Assembly: GCA_013151775.1 (NCBI GenBank)
Contig: JAADHO010000094.1
Location: forward strand, 2,235 to 66,234
Reading direction: 5' to 3'
Source: Deltaproteobacteria bacterium
Lineage (GTDB): Bacteria; Myxococcota_A; Polyangia; Polyangiales; Houyiibacteriaceae
DNA length: 64,000 nt
Positions within the stretch are counted from its first letter, which is position 1, and every line of letters starts with the position of its first letter. Under the pieces are notes generated by a model. It was not told the DNA's origin. It worked only from the letters and a program-made list of their open reading frames with translations, and made no database searches. Both the position numbers and the translations under genes were made by a program. Shown here in pieces: positions 55,986 through 64,000 of this stretch.

Positions 55986-56552
55986 TCAGTTGCCGAGCGA
56001 CGACGGAGTCACGCTGTCGAGCTCGGAGACGCCGAGCTTGTAGGCCTCGTTCGCGCCGTGCTCGTAGCTGCCGATCCAGATCTTGTAGGTGCCGGCCGGG
56101 AACGCGCCTGCGACCACGGGGTCGAAGCCTTCCGTGTCGTCGTTGCACATGTAGCTGCCGTCCGGCTTCTGGATGACCAAGGTCACGTCCTCACCGTCCG
56201 TGGTGGCGTGTGCCATGACGCGCAGCGAGCTGAAGTCTCCGCCTGCGACGAGCAGGTGGTCGGGTGTGCCCGCGATCCAACCGTTGCAGTCGGAGTTGAG
56301 GGTGGCTGCATCGGTGGATCCACCTGAGGTTCCGCTAGCCGTGGTCGGGTCAGGCATGAAGCCCGGCCTCACGCTGACCGTGCCGAAGTTGGAGTCGCCC
56401 GCAGCTGCCGCTGGTGCGGAGGGCGCAGCGGCGGTCGTGGGTGCCGTGGCCGCAGCAGGTGGCGCGGGCGCCACCGCAGGCGAGTCGTCGCCTCCGCCGC
56501 AGCCCCACGCGGAAAGTGCGCCCATCAAGAACAGTGTCGTTGCCTTTTTCAT
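55986..56552 (-). CDS. Lipoprotein with pre-peptidase C-terminal-like domain
   Basis: The start at MKKATTLFLMGALSAWGCGGG provides the lipobox. A P/A-rich linker follows, with a C-terminal beta-sandwich-like AGTYKIWIGSYEHG. Confidence 0.6.
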   Translation of the reverse strand: MKKATTLFLMGALSAWGCGGGDDSPAVAPAPPAAATAPTTAAAPSAPAAAAGDSNFGTVSVRPGFMPDPTTASGTSGGSTDAATLNSDCNGWIAGTPDHLLVAGGDFSSLRVMAHATTDGEDVTLVIQKPDGSYMCNDDTEGFDPVVAGAFPAGTYKIWIGSYEHGANEAYKLGVSELDSVTPSSLGN

Positions 56553-56726
56553 ATGTCCGTCCTCATCCATGGTTGCCGCTCGATCGCGGTGGCTGAGGAT
56601 ACGTGATCCGCCGCCGGATCTTCCCCTCGAGCTAGAGAATTCACACAGGTCCGTTGGCGAGCGGGGACGACCCTCGTCCGCTCCTCCCCTGTGGCCGTGT
56701 GGAGGGCGGCGCGGCATAGTCGGTGG

Positions 56727-58025
56727 ATGGGACGCGCGTCTACGATCTGCTTGATGTGGCTCGTCGCCTGCTCTGGGGCGGCGCCTGGATCGGACGCAGG
56801 CGTGGACGCGTCATCCGCCTTGGACGCCGGATCGAGCAGAGACGCGAGCGCCTCTGACGCGAGCGGCTCCGACGCGCAGACCACACATCCTGACCCCGAG
56901 TGCGCCGAGGACGGCTGCCTGCGCGCGGCGAGCAAGGTTGGTGACTTCGGCCGCAGCTTCCTCGAGCCCTACCTCGAGCCCGGGGTCCGCATCGAGAACG
57001 GCTACAGCGTGTGGACCCTCGAGTACGTCACGGATGGCGCCACCTCCTTGGCGACCGTGACCTTGCCCTTCGCCGTCGACGCCCCCGCGGACGGCTGGGC
57101 CATCGTGGCCAACGACCACGGCACCAGCGGCGTCGGGGACGTGTGCAAGCTCTCGGGCACGGTCGCTGGCGCGGGCCTCGCGGGGCTCTTCGGAGCGCGC
57201 GGAATGATCGGCGTGGCCACGGACTACCCCGGCCTCGGCACGCCGGGAGTGCACCCCTATCTCGTCTCGACGGTGGAGGGGCGCGCCACCCTCGATGCCT
57301 TGCGCGCGGCGAGGAACCTCGCGGTCTGGCTGCGTCTCCCTGTCTCTGGGCGCTACGCCGTCGTCGGTCTGAGCCAAGGCGGTCACGCTGCTCTGGCCGC
57401 CGCCGCCGAACACGCGAGCTACGCGCCCGAGCTCGACATCCGCGCCTTCGGAGCGAGCGCACCGGCGAGCGTCTGGGAAGAGCAGTGGCGTGCGGGCGTG
57501 ATGGTCGACGGCCCCCATCTCGCCTTCCACGCGCTGCTGGTCTACGCTTGGGCCGCGCACTACGGCTTCTCGGGACCGAGCTTGTGGGCTGACGGCTTGA
57601 GCGGGCGCATCGACTCGATCATGGATTCCGAGTGTGTCGTGCCGATCCCCGGCGCGCCTACCACGTTGATGGCCGATCTGGGAGAGCGCGCCGACGCGAT
57701 CTTTTCGGCGCCCTTCCTGCGAGCCTATGGCAGCGGTGACTGGGGCGACTTCGCGGACTTTCACAGCTGGTTCACGCTCAACCGCATCGGTCCCTACGAG
57801 CAGACTGCACCCCTGCGCATCTATCAAGGCGACGCGGACACGATCGTGCTCGAACCTGGGACGCGCGCGTTGGTGGACGATCTGCGCGCCGGCGGCGTCG
57901 AGGTCGACTATCAGGTGGTGCCTGGCGGCGAGCACACGACCGTCGCCTTTGGCTTCGTGGCGAGCGACGAGCTGCGCACGGAGGAGTCCATCGCCTGGAT
58001 CCGAGGCCTGGTGGAGGCGCCGTGA
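56727..58025 (+). CDS. Secreted alpha/beta-hydrolase (lipase-like) lipoprotein
   Basis: Lipobox LMWLVACSGA, an acidic DAG/DAS linker and the nucleophile elbow VGLSQGGHAA. The late YQGDADTIV and GGEH are consistent with a Ser-Asp-His triad. Confidence 0.7.
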   Translation: MGRASTICLMWLVACSGAAPGSDAGVDASSALDAGSSRDASASDASGSDAQTTHPDPECAEDGCLRAASKVGDFGRSFLEPYLEPGVRIENGYSVWTLEYVTDGATSLATVTLPFAVDAPADGWAIVANDHGTSGVGDVCKLSGTVAGAGLAGLFGARGMIGVATDYPGLGTPGVHPYLVSTVEGRATLDALRAARNLAVWLRLPVSGRYAVVGLSQGGHAALAAAAEHASYAPELDIRAFGASAPASVWEEQWRAGVMVDGPHLAFHALLVYAWAAHYGFSGPSLWADGLSGRIDSIMDSECVVPIPGAPTTLMADLGERADAIFSAPFLRAYGSGDWGDFADFHSWFTLNRIGPYEQTAPLRIYQGDADTIVLEPGTRALVDDLRAGGVEVDYQVVPGGEHTTVAFGFVASDELRTEESIAWIRGLVEAP

Positions 58026-58117
58026 AGAGCCCGATCTTCTCCAGGCTGCGGAGCGTGCCGGTGCGGAGCATCGCTGAAAGCTTTTCCTCGGGCGGCATTG
58101 CCGTCATCCTCCCGGGC

Positions 58118-59026
58118 ATGGAACGTTCCCCATCGTACCGTCACGTCACGTCTTGGCTCGCCGTCGCCGTCCTCTTGGCGCCGCTGCTCTTGGGCGTCGA
58201 TTTCGCTGCCGCCCAATCCATGGACGGTTTTCAGATCGAAGTGGATGGCGAGTCCAGCCCTCTCGTGCCTGAGGCTGAGCCATCCGCGGATGACAGCGGC
58301 GGCGTGGCGGAGGATCAGAGCGGCGCTGTGGCGCAGACCTCGGAGGGCATCGACGCGAGCGACCCCGCGACCGTGAGTCGGGGCGAGGACGCCCAAGCTC
58401 GCGCGCTCTTCGAAGCGGGGACCGCCTACTACGATCGCGGCGAGTATCACGACGCCTACGATCAGTTCGTGCGCTCCTACGAGATCAGCCGGCGTCCGGT
58501 GCTGATGTACAACGCCTCCCAAGCGGCGGAGCGCGCGGGCGACCTCGAGAACGCCATCCTCTGGCTCGAGCGCTTCGTGGCCGCACCCGACGCGGAGCTC
58601 GCCGACCGTGAGCGACAGCGTCCGCGCCTCGCCAACCTGCGGCATCGCCTCGAGACGCGACGCATCGCACATCATGCGGACGACGAGGATCACGGCTTCT
58701 TCATGCCGGTGCCCGCCTTCATCGCGTACCTCGTGGGCGGCGCCGGGCTGCTGACCTTCGCCACCTTTGGCATCCTCACGTTGCACGAGGACAGCTCCCT
58801 CTCGGACACGTGCAGCTCGCGTGCGTGCACGTCTGGCGACCTGAGCAATCTGCACGCCTTCGCCCGCACGGCCGATGCGGGTTGGATCATCGGCGTGGCG
58901 GGCGTGGCGACGGGCACGATTCTCTGGCTCACCCTGAAGGGTGACTCGGAAGAACACGAGGGCGTCGCCTTCGAGCCATGGCTTTCGCCTCGCCTGGTTG
59001 GTGGAAGCGCTCGCTTGAACTTCTGA
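58118..59026 (+). CDS. TPR-repeat protein with signal peptide and C-terminal TM helices
   Basis: Signal WLAVAVLLAPLLLGVDFAAAQS. TPR-like ARALFEAGTAYYDRGEYHDAYDQFVRSYEI...AAERAGDLENAILWLERF, then two hydrophobic helices. Confidence 0.6.
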   Translation: MERSPSYRHVTSWLAVAVLLAPLLLGVDFAAAQSMDGFQIEVDGESSPLVPEAEPSADDSGGVAEDQSGAVAQTSEGIDASDPATVSRGEDAQARALFEAGTAYYDRGEYHDAYDQFVRSYEISRRPVLMYNASQAAERAGDLENAILWLERFVAAPDAELADRERQRPRLANLRHRLETRRIAHHADDEDHGFFMPVPAFIAYLVGGAGLLTFATFGILTLHEDSSLSDTCSSRACTSGDLSNLHAFARTADAGWIIGVAGVATGTILWLTLKGDSEEHEGVAFEPWLSPRLVGGSARLNF

Positions 59027-59028
59027 TC

Positions 59029-60930
59029 TCAGCGTGTCGGCGCCTCATTGGCGTCGCTTCCGATGCGATAGGGGTTGACGTCGAGTGGACGCTCTTCGTT
59101 CACGTCGTCGTCGCGGGGCCTCAGGGCGGCCTGCAGCCCGAGCAGCTCGCGGGAGTTGGGATCGAGCGCGAGCGCCGCTTCCACGGACGCGCGGGCGGCG
59201 TCCCGATCGCCGAAGCCTGCGAAGTAGAGCGCCTCGACGTAGTGACGCCAGAGCATCTGCGCCCGCGTCTCGTCGTCGAGGGGGCGGCCCACGCGGGCGT
59301 CGATTCGAGTCCAGATCCGGGCCAACTCTTGACGACCTTCGCGCTCGTCTCCTCGGCTGGCGCCGGCACCCAAGACTTGAAAATACAGCTGCCGCGGCAC
59401 CATCGTCTCGTAGAGTTCCGGCGGCACGCGCGTGTCCATCTCCACCAGCAGTGGGCGACGGGCGGCGAGGCTCTGAAGGTCGGGCTGCCGCAGCGTGCCT
59501 TCGAGCAAGTAGCCTCGCAGCAGATCTGCGAGCTCGGGCTCACGCGCCACGAGGCTGTTCACCATGCCGGGGTAGGCCAGCAAGGGAATGGGCACGACGG
59601 TCACGTCCGGCCGCAAGAGCTCTTCGGATTCTCCACCCCAGAAGCGGAACAGGGTCTGCGCCTGGTGTACGAGCACGACCGAGCGCGGCGGAAGGTCACG
59701 ACGCAGGGCGTCGTCGAAGTCGTCCGTGTCCGCGAAGCTCGTGAGAGAGACCTGTGGTCCGGTCGCCCTGGCGTGCTGCAGCGCGGCCAGGGGCGCGGCG
59801 AGCAAGAGCAACGCGGCGAGCGCGCCGAGGAGCCCACCGCGACGCTTCATGAGCGTGGCGAGGACACCCACCCCGGATACGGCGAGCACCGTCAGCGCGG
59901 CCATGGCCGGCATCAAGTATCCGAGGGCGTCCGGGTTGCCGTGGACGAAGCCGAGCCACGCTCGAGCGCCACTGTAGCTCAGCAGCAGGCCCAGCCAGAC
60001 GATCGCGACGCGAGCGCTGCCGCGGGTGCGCAGGAGTGCCCAGGCGCCGAGCAGGGCGAGCACCACGGTGACGGCATGGACGCTCGAGCCCAGGGCCCAG
60101 ACGACGTCCGCGAGGCGCTCTCCCAGAGGAAGTGGCACACCCGCGCCTTGATTTTTCTGGAATGCTTCGGCGCTCACGACCCAGAAGATGCGCGCCGGAG
60201 ACGTGGGTTCGCCGAGGTTCAGGCTCGGTCCCGCGGCCGCCCGGAGCGGCAGGTAGATGAAGGTCGAGAGGCCGAGCAGCGCGAAGCCCGTGGCGCGCAG
60301 CAGCGGGCGTCGACCGCGATCCTGCAACAGCCGAGCGAGGGTCGGTGCGGCAGCGGGCAAGAGCAAGAAGGTCAGGAAGTGGTGGTTGGCGAGGCCCAGA
60401 CCGAAGGCGAGGGCCGCGACATAGAGCGGGCGGGGATCGCTCGACGGTCGGCGAGCCTCGAAGCAGACCAGCCGGTCAGCGATGAAGCAGACGAGGGCCG
60501 CTTCCAGCGCATAGACCTCGGGACGTACGGCTTGTAGCCAGACGCCGTAGCTGCCAGCGAAGAGCCAGCTCGCGGCGACGGATAGCAGCAGACGACCGTT
60601 GCCTTCGACCGCCTCCGCGCTCTCCAGGGTCACCAGCGTGGCGTGGAAGACGCATCCCGCAGCGAGGGCCGCGAAGCACGCGCTCGCCAGCGCCACTCGA
60701 AACGCCATGCTGCCGAGGGGGACCATGCAGGCGGCGTAGTGAGTGAGCGTCGCGAGCACCTCGCCGGGCGGGTGGGCGATGCCCAGATCACTCGCCGCGG
60801 CGACGAATTCACCCGAGTCGAGCCAGTAGGCGTGGGCAGATGCCGTGGCCAAATAGGCGAGCAGCGGACCAAGAACAGCCAGCGCCCAGGCGAGGGTCTC
60901 TGATGTACCCCCATGGGCGCGCCGGACCAT
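59029..60930 (-). CDS. DUF2723/TMEM260-like polytopic glycosyltransferase-fold membrane protein with C-terminal TPR
   Basis: The N-terminal signature YWLDSGEFVAAASDLGIAHPPGEVL, more than 10 TM helices, and a C-terminal soluble TPR-like region. Confidence 0.8.
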   Translation of the reverse strand: MVRRAHGGTSETLAWALAVLGPLLAYLATASAHAYWLDSGEFVAAASDLGIAHPPGEVLATLTHYAACMVPLGSMAFRVALASACFAALAAGCVFHATLVTLESAEAVEGNGRLLLSVAASWLFAGSYGVWLQAVRPEVYALEAALVCFIADRLVCFEARRPSSDPRPLYVAALAFGLGLANHHFLTFLLLPAAAPTLARLLQDRGRRPLLRATGFALLGLSTFIYLPLRAAAGPSLNLGEPTSPARIFWVVSAEAFQKNQGAGVPLPLGERLADVVWALGSSVHAVTVVLALLGAWALLRTRGSARVAIVWLGLLLSYSGARAWLGFVHGNPDALGYLMPAMAALTVLAVSGVGVLATLMKRRGGLLGALAALLLLAAPLAALQHARATGPQVSLTSFADTDDFDDALRRDLPPRSVVLVHQAQTLFRFWGGESEELLRPDVTVVPIPLLAYPGMVNSLVAREPELADLLRGYLLEGTLRQPDLQSLAARRPLLVEMDTRVPPELYETMVPRQLYFQVLGAGASRGDEREGRQELARIWTRIDARVGRPLDDETRAQMLWRHYVEALYFAGFGDRDAARASVEAALALDPNSRELLGLQAALRPRDDDVNEERPLDVNPYRIGSDANEAPTR

Positions 60931-60971
60931 GCCCCATCATGAGCGTCATCCGCCAACGGGTAAAGGATTGT

Positions 60972-61044
60972 GGGGACGGTCCTAAGCAGTTCACTTATTG
61001 TGAAACAATGTTTCACAATAAGTGAACTGCTTAGGACCGTCCCC
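60972..61044. repeat. 73-bp perfect palindrome (36-nt arms, 1-nt centre at 61008)
   Basis: GGGGACGGTCCTAAGCAGTTCACTTATTGTGAAACA-A-TGTTTCACAATAAGTGAACTGCTTAGGACCGTCCCC. I checked base by base that the right arm is the exact reverse complement of the left. The AT-rich centre contrasts with the GC-rich surroundings. Confidence 0.95.
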
Positions 61045-61681
61045 GAAAATGAAGCACGTCCTGCCAGCGCAGGGAGCCGGCTACGGATTTGGGCAGGTGC
61101 AGGTCGAGGAGTGGGGCGATCAGGCCGAGGAGTTCGTAGAGGACGTAGGCTGTGGCGCCGAAGACGAGGGCGTCTTCGATGTGGAAGACGGGAGAGAGGT
61201 GCTTCATGTGTCCCTCCTCCCATGGGATGGAGTCGAGGTGGGGCAGGCGCAGGGTCTGCTCGACGTTCAGCTTCAAGATGCGCGCGACCTCTCCCGGAGC
61301 GGGTCTCAGGGGCGCTGTTCCCAGAGTGGAGACGAAGGGTTCGAGGCGGTGATCCGAGGTGTAGACGGGAATCGACGAGAGGCGCCCGAGCACCTCGGCT
61401 CCGCTGAGGGCGATCTCCTCCTTCGCCTCGCGCAGCGCCGTCGCCTCGAGGCTGAGGTCCTGCTCTTCGGGTCGGCCCCCCGGGAAACACACCTCCCCGG
61501 CGTGCTGCCGCAGGTTCGCGGCGCGCTGCGTGAGGATTACCTCGAGATCGCCGCCGAAGCTCACCGGTACGAGCACACCGGCGCGGATGTGGTTGCTGCG
61601 CCCAGGCAGCGCGGGGACCTCGACGTGCCCATGGGCGCTGAGCGCATGTCGCAGCGCGTCGGGCGTGAGCGTCCTGGCCAT
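61031..61681 (-). CDS. NUDIX hydrolase (CoA pyrophosphatase-like)
   Basis: Nudix box GGRPEEQDLSLEATALREAKEEIAL. The last 14 nt, including the stop, lie in the right arm of the palindrome. Confidence 0.85.
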   Translation of the reverse strand: MARTLTPDALRHALSAHGHVEVPALPGRSNHIRAGVLVPVSFGGDLEVILTQRAANLRQHAGEVCFPGGRPEEQDLSLEATALREAKEEIALSGAEVLGRLSSIPVYTSDHRLEPFVSTLGTAPLRPAPGEVARILKLNVEQTLRLPHLDSIPWEEGHMKHLSPVFHIEDALVFGATAYVLYELLGLIAPLLDLHLPKSVAGSLRWQDVLHFRGRS

Positions 61682-61703
61682 GGCCTGTTATGGTCCGCCC
61701 GAG

Positions 61704-62192
61704 ATGACATCGCGAGCACGAAGATACTGGCTGATGAAGAGCGAACCGGACGTCTACTCCATCCAAGATCTCGAGCGCGATGTGCGCGAGGGCTGGGAAG
61801 GCGTGCGCAACTATCAGGCGCGCAACTTCATGCGCGACGATATGCGCGACGGCGACCTCGTCCTCTACTACCACTCGAACGCCAAACCCTCGGGCGTGGC
61901 CGGTGTCTCACGGATCTGTCGCGAGGCGTACACCGACGACACCCAATTCGATCCCGAGAGCCCGTACTACGACGCGCGCTCCGACCCCAAGACCCCGCGC
62001 TGGATTCGCGTCGACGTCGAGCATGTCGAGACCTTCACCGAGGTCGTGCCCCTCGCTACCCTCAAGGCGGACGCCGCGCTTCAGGACATGATGGTCACCC
62101 GACGCGGCTCTCGGCTCAGCGTTCAGCCCGTCGATAAGGCGCAATTTCGGCACGTCGTGAAGCTCGCCGGGGGCAAGACTCGCGTACGCTGA
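61704..62192 (+). CDS. EVE (PUA-like) domain protein
   Basis: YWLMKSEPDVYSIQDL....WEGVRNYQARNFMRD.MR.GDLVLYYHSN is the EVE/Thy28 signature. The start is at the ATG 61704. Confidence 0.85.
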   Translation: MTSRARRYWLMKSEPDVYSIQDLERDVREGWEGVRNYQARNFMRDDMRDGDLVLYYHSNAKPSGVAGVSRICREAYTDDTQFDPESPYYDARSDPKTPRWIRVDVEHVETFTEVVPLATLKADAALQDMMVTRRGSRLSVQPVDKAQFRHVVKLAGGKTRVR

Positions 62193-62198
62193 TCCGCT

Positions 62199-63824
62199 TC
62201 AGCTGCGGATGCCCGGCGCCTCGTAGCCCATCTGGCTGACATACTCGGTGTAGCCGCCGTCGTAGGTTCGCGGCCCCGAATCGCCCCCGAGCTCGAGCAC
62301 GCGGTTGCTGAGCTGCGCGAGGAAGTCTCGGTCATGGGAGACGAAGAGCATGGTGCCCTCGTAGCTCGACAGCGCCTCCACGAGCATCTCCTTGGTGTCC
62401 ATGTCCAAGTGGTTCGTGGGCTCATCGAGCACCAAGAAGTTCGGCGGATCGTAGAGCATCTGCGCGAGCACGAGGCGCGCCTTCTCACCGCCGGAGAGGA
62501 TGCGCACGGGCTTGTCTGCCTCCTCACCGGGAAATCCGAAAGCGCCCGCCAGGGTGTGCAGCTGTCCGCGCGCGGCGACGGGGAAGCGCGCTGTGAGCGA
62601 CTCGAGCACGGTCTTCTTGGCGTCGAGCAGCTCCATGCTGTGCTGCGCGAAGTAGGCCAGCTTCACGCTCGCGCCGAGCCGCACTTCGCCCGACGTCGGC
62701 TCGCTCGCCTGGGCGATCAGCTTCAAGAGCGTGCTCTTGCCTGCGCCGTTCACGCCCATCACGCACCAGCGCTCCTTGCGTCGAATCAGCAGGTCGAGCT
62801 GGTCGAGCACGGTGTGGTCGCCATAGCGCTTGGTCACAGCTTGGAGATTCGCGACATCCTCACCCGAGCGAGGCGGCTCGCGAAAGTCGAAGTGCAGCTT
62901 CTTGCGCCGCTTGGGCGGCTCGAGCTTCTCGATCTTGTCGAGCTTCTTCACCCGTGACTGCACCTGCGCCGCCTTGGCCGCCTGCGCCTTGAAGCGCTCG
63001 ATGAAGCGCTCCTCCTTGCGCAACATGGCCTGCTGCCGCGCGTGCTGCGCCTCCGCCTGCTTCTCGTTCAGAGCGCGCTGCGCTTCGTAGAAGTCGTAGT
63101 CGCCCGTGTAGGTCGTGACCTCGCCGCCGTCGATGGCGACTACCTTGCGGACCACGTGGTTCATGAAGCGTCGGTCATGACAGGTGAGAAAGAGCGCGCC
63201 CTCGTAGCGCGTGAGGAATTCCTGCAACCACAGGATGGACTCGAGGTCGAGGTGGTTGGTGGGCTCATCGAGCAGCAGGCAGTCGGGACGCATCAGGAGG
63301 ATACGCGCGAGGGCGACGCGCATCTTGAAGCCGCCGCTCATCTCGCCCACGTCGGCGTCCATCATGGCCTGCGTGAAACCGAGGCCGGCGAGGATCTCGC
63401 GAGCGCGCGCGTCGAGGGAGTAGCCGTCGAGATCCTGGAAGCGCGCCGAGACGTGGCCGTAGCGCTCCACGAGGGCGTCCATCTCGTCCATGCGCTCGGG
63501 ATCGGCCATGGCGTGCTCGAGCTCGGCGAGCTCGGCGGCGACCTCGGAGACGGGACCGGCGCCGTCCATGGTGGCGGCGACCACCGTCTGCCCACTCATC
63601 TCGCCCACGTCTTGGCTGAAGTAGCCGATGCTCAATGCGCGCGGCACGGAGACGCTGCCCGCGTCTGGCTGCTCCACCTTCATGATCATGCGGAAGAGGC
63701 TGGTCTTGCCGGAGCCGTTGGGTCCGACGAGGCCGATCTTCTCGCCGCGGTGGATGGCGACGCTGGCGTCGGTGAAGAGAATCTGCCGTCCGTGATGCCG
63801 GGCGATGCCGTCGAGGGTGATCAC
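62199..63824 (-). CDS. ABC-F family ATPase (two ABC domains, no TM domain)
   Basis: Walker A GPNGSGKTS and GVNGAGKST, signatures LSGGFKMRV and LSGGEKARL, and an inter-domain charged linker. I prefer the start at GTG 63824 (VITLDGI...), because the tracked start at 63908 would collide with the divergent thiE start. Confidence 0.9.
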   Translation of the reverse strand: MITLDGIARHHGRQILFTDASVAIHRGEKIGLVGPNGSGKTSLFRMIMKVEQPDAGSVSVPRALSIGYFSQDVGEMSGQTVVAATMDGAGPVSEVAAELAELEHAMADPERMDEMDALVERYGHVSARFQDLDGYSLDARAREILAGLGFTQAMMDADVGEMSGGFKMRVALARILLMRPDCLLLDEPTNHLDLESILWLQEFLTRYEGALFLTCHDRRFMNHVVRKVVAIDGGEVTTYTGDYDFYEAQRALNEKQAEAQHARQQAMLRKEERFIERFKAQAAKAAQVQSRVKKLDKIEKLEPPKRRKKLHFDFREPPRSGEDVANLQAVTKRYGDHTVLDQLDLLIRRKERWCVMGVNGAGKSTLLKLIAQASEPTSGEVRLGASVKLAYFAQHSMELLDAKKTVLESLTARFPVAARGQLHTLAGAFGFPGEEADKPVRILSGGEKARLVLAQMLYDPPNFLVLDEPTNHLDMDTKEMLVEALSSYEGTMLFVSHDRDFLAQLSNRVLELGGDSGPRTYDGGYTEYVSQMGYEAPGIRS

Positions 63825-63906
63825 GCGGCCTGCATACAGCGCGACAGGGCCACGTGCGAGGCGAGCACGACTTGACCGACGTCGGGCGGCGGGATTAGCT
63901 GCTCGC

Positions 63907-64000
63907 ATGTCGGTGCCTCGCGGTCTCTATGCCATCGTCGATCCGGACGCCTGCCGTGGGCGTGACGCGCTCGAGGTCGCCGCGGCCATTCTGCGTGGTG
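63907..64000 (+). CDS. thiE: Thiamine-phosphate synthase, 5' fragment running off the window
   Basis: The ATG at 63907 opens MSVPRGLYAIVDPDACRGRDALEVAAAILRG..., matching the LYxIxDP N-terminal signature of ThiE. The frame is open to the window end. Confidence 0.6.
   Translation, partial: MSVPRGLYAIVDPDACRGRDALEVAAAILRG

Noticed and set aside
58978-60537. 519-aa plus-strand ORF opposite the DUF2723 membrane protein
   Set aside because: The minus-strand frame gives more than 10 TM helices and the YWLDSGEF signature. The plus frame is low-complexity.
60999-61017. CRP/FNR-like half sites TGTGA...TCACA in the centre of the 73-bp palindrome
   Set aside because: The spacing between TGTGA and TCACA is 9 nt rather than the 6 nt of the CRP consensus, and it does not fit the FNR TTGAT-N4-ATCAA. 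Resemblance alone is insufficient.
61022-62137. 371-aa plus-strand ORF spanning the NUDIX and EVE loci
   Set aside because: It overlaps a clear Nudix-box gene in antisense, and it is out of frame with the clear EVE-domain gene.

Overview
This is a very GC-rich chromosomal segment; third codon positions are almost all G/C, and long antisense shadow ORFs occur everywhere. The gene content looks like Myxococcota. That call rests on DUF4388 response regulators, many lipoproteins with acidic D-S/A-G linkers, pilin-like AIAIPAF helices and Uma2. It is my inference, not a database result.

The window covers the replication-origin neighbourhood, with dnaA-dnaN-recF and DnaA-box-like 9-mers on both sides of dnaA. 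Around it lie housekeeping genes: thiolase, dnaJ, dapF, fdhD, an ABC-F ATPase, NUDIX, EVE and the thiE 5' end. There is also a norCBQD nitric-oxide reductase operon with a good sigma-54 promoter and a divergent enhancer-binding protein. Many secreted, lipoprotein and signalling genes fill the rest.

The stand-out region is 39.3-49.6 kb, an 11-gene, translationally coupled plus-strand operon. It combines three tandem paralogous radical-SAM enzymes with a private type-II FAS/PKS-like set. The radical-SAM enzymes have the motif layout I associate with the class-D / MJ0619 / tetraether-synthase (Tes, GDGT-MAS, Mss) family. The FAS/PKS-like set comprises two SDR reductases, a FabZ-like dehydratase, a Cys-less KS-like partner plus a catalytic KS, a nitroreductase-fold protein, an extended ACP and a small polytopic membrane protein. 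I know of no characterised pathway with this composition. I propose it as a candidate system for an unusual (C-C cross-linked, cyclised or methylated) lipid or polyketide.

Other notable items:
- a 73-bp perfect palindrome
- two leaderless pilin-like paralogues flanking a Uma2 gene
- a TNFR-like cysteine-rich repeat protein
- an orphan FliI/SctN ATPase
- an acetoacetate-decarboxylase-like/FAD-oxidoreductase fusion

I recognised no rRNA, tRNA, CRISPR array, transposase or integrase.
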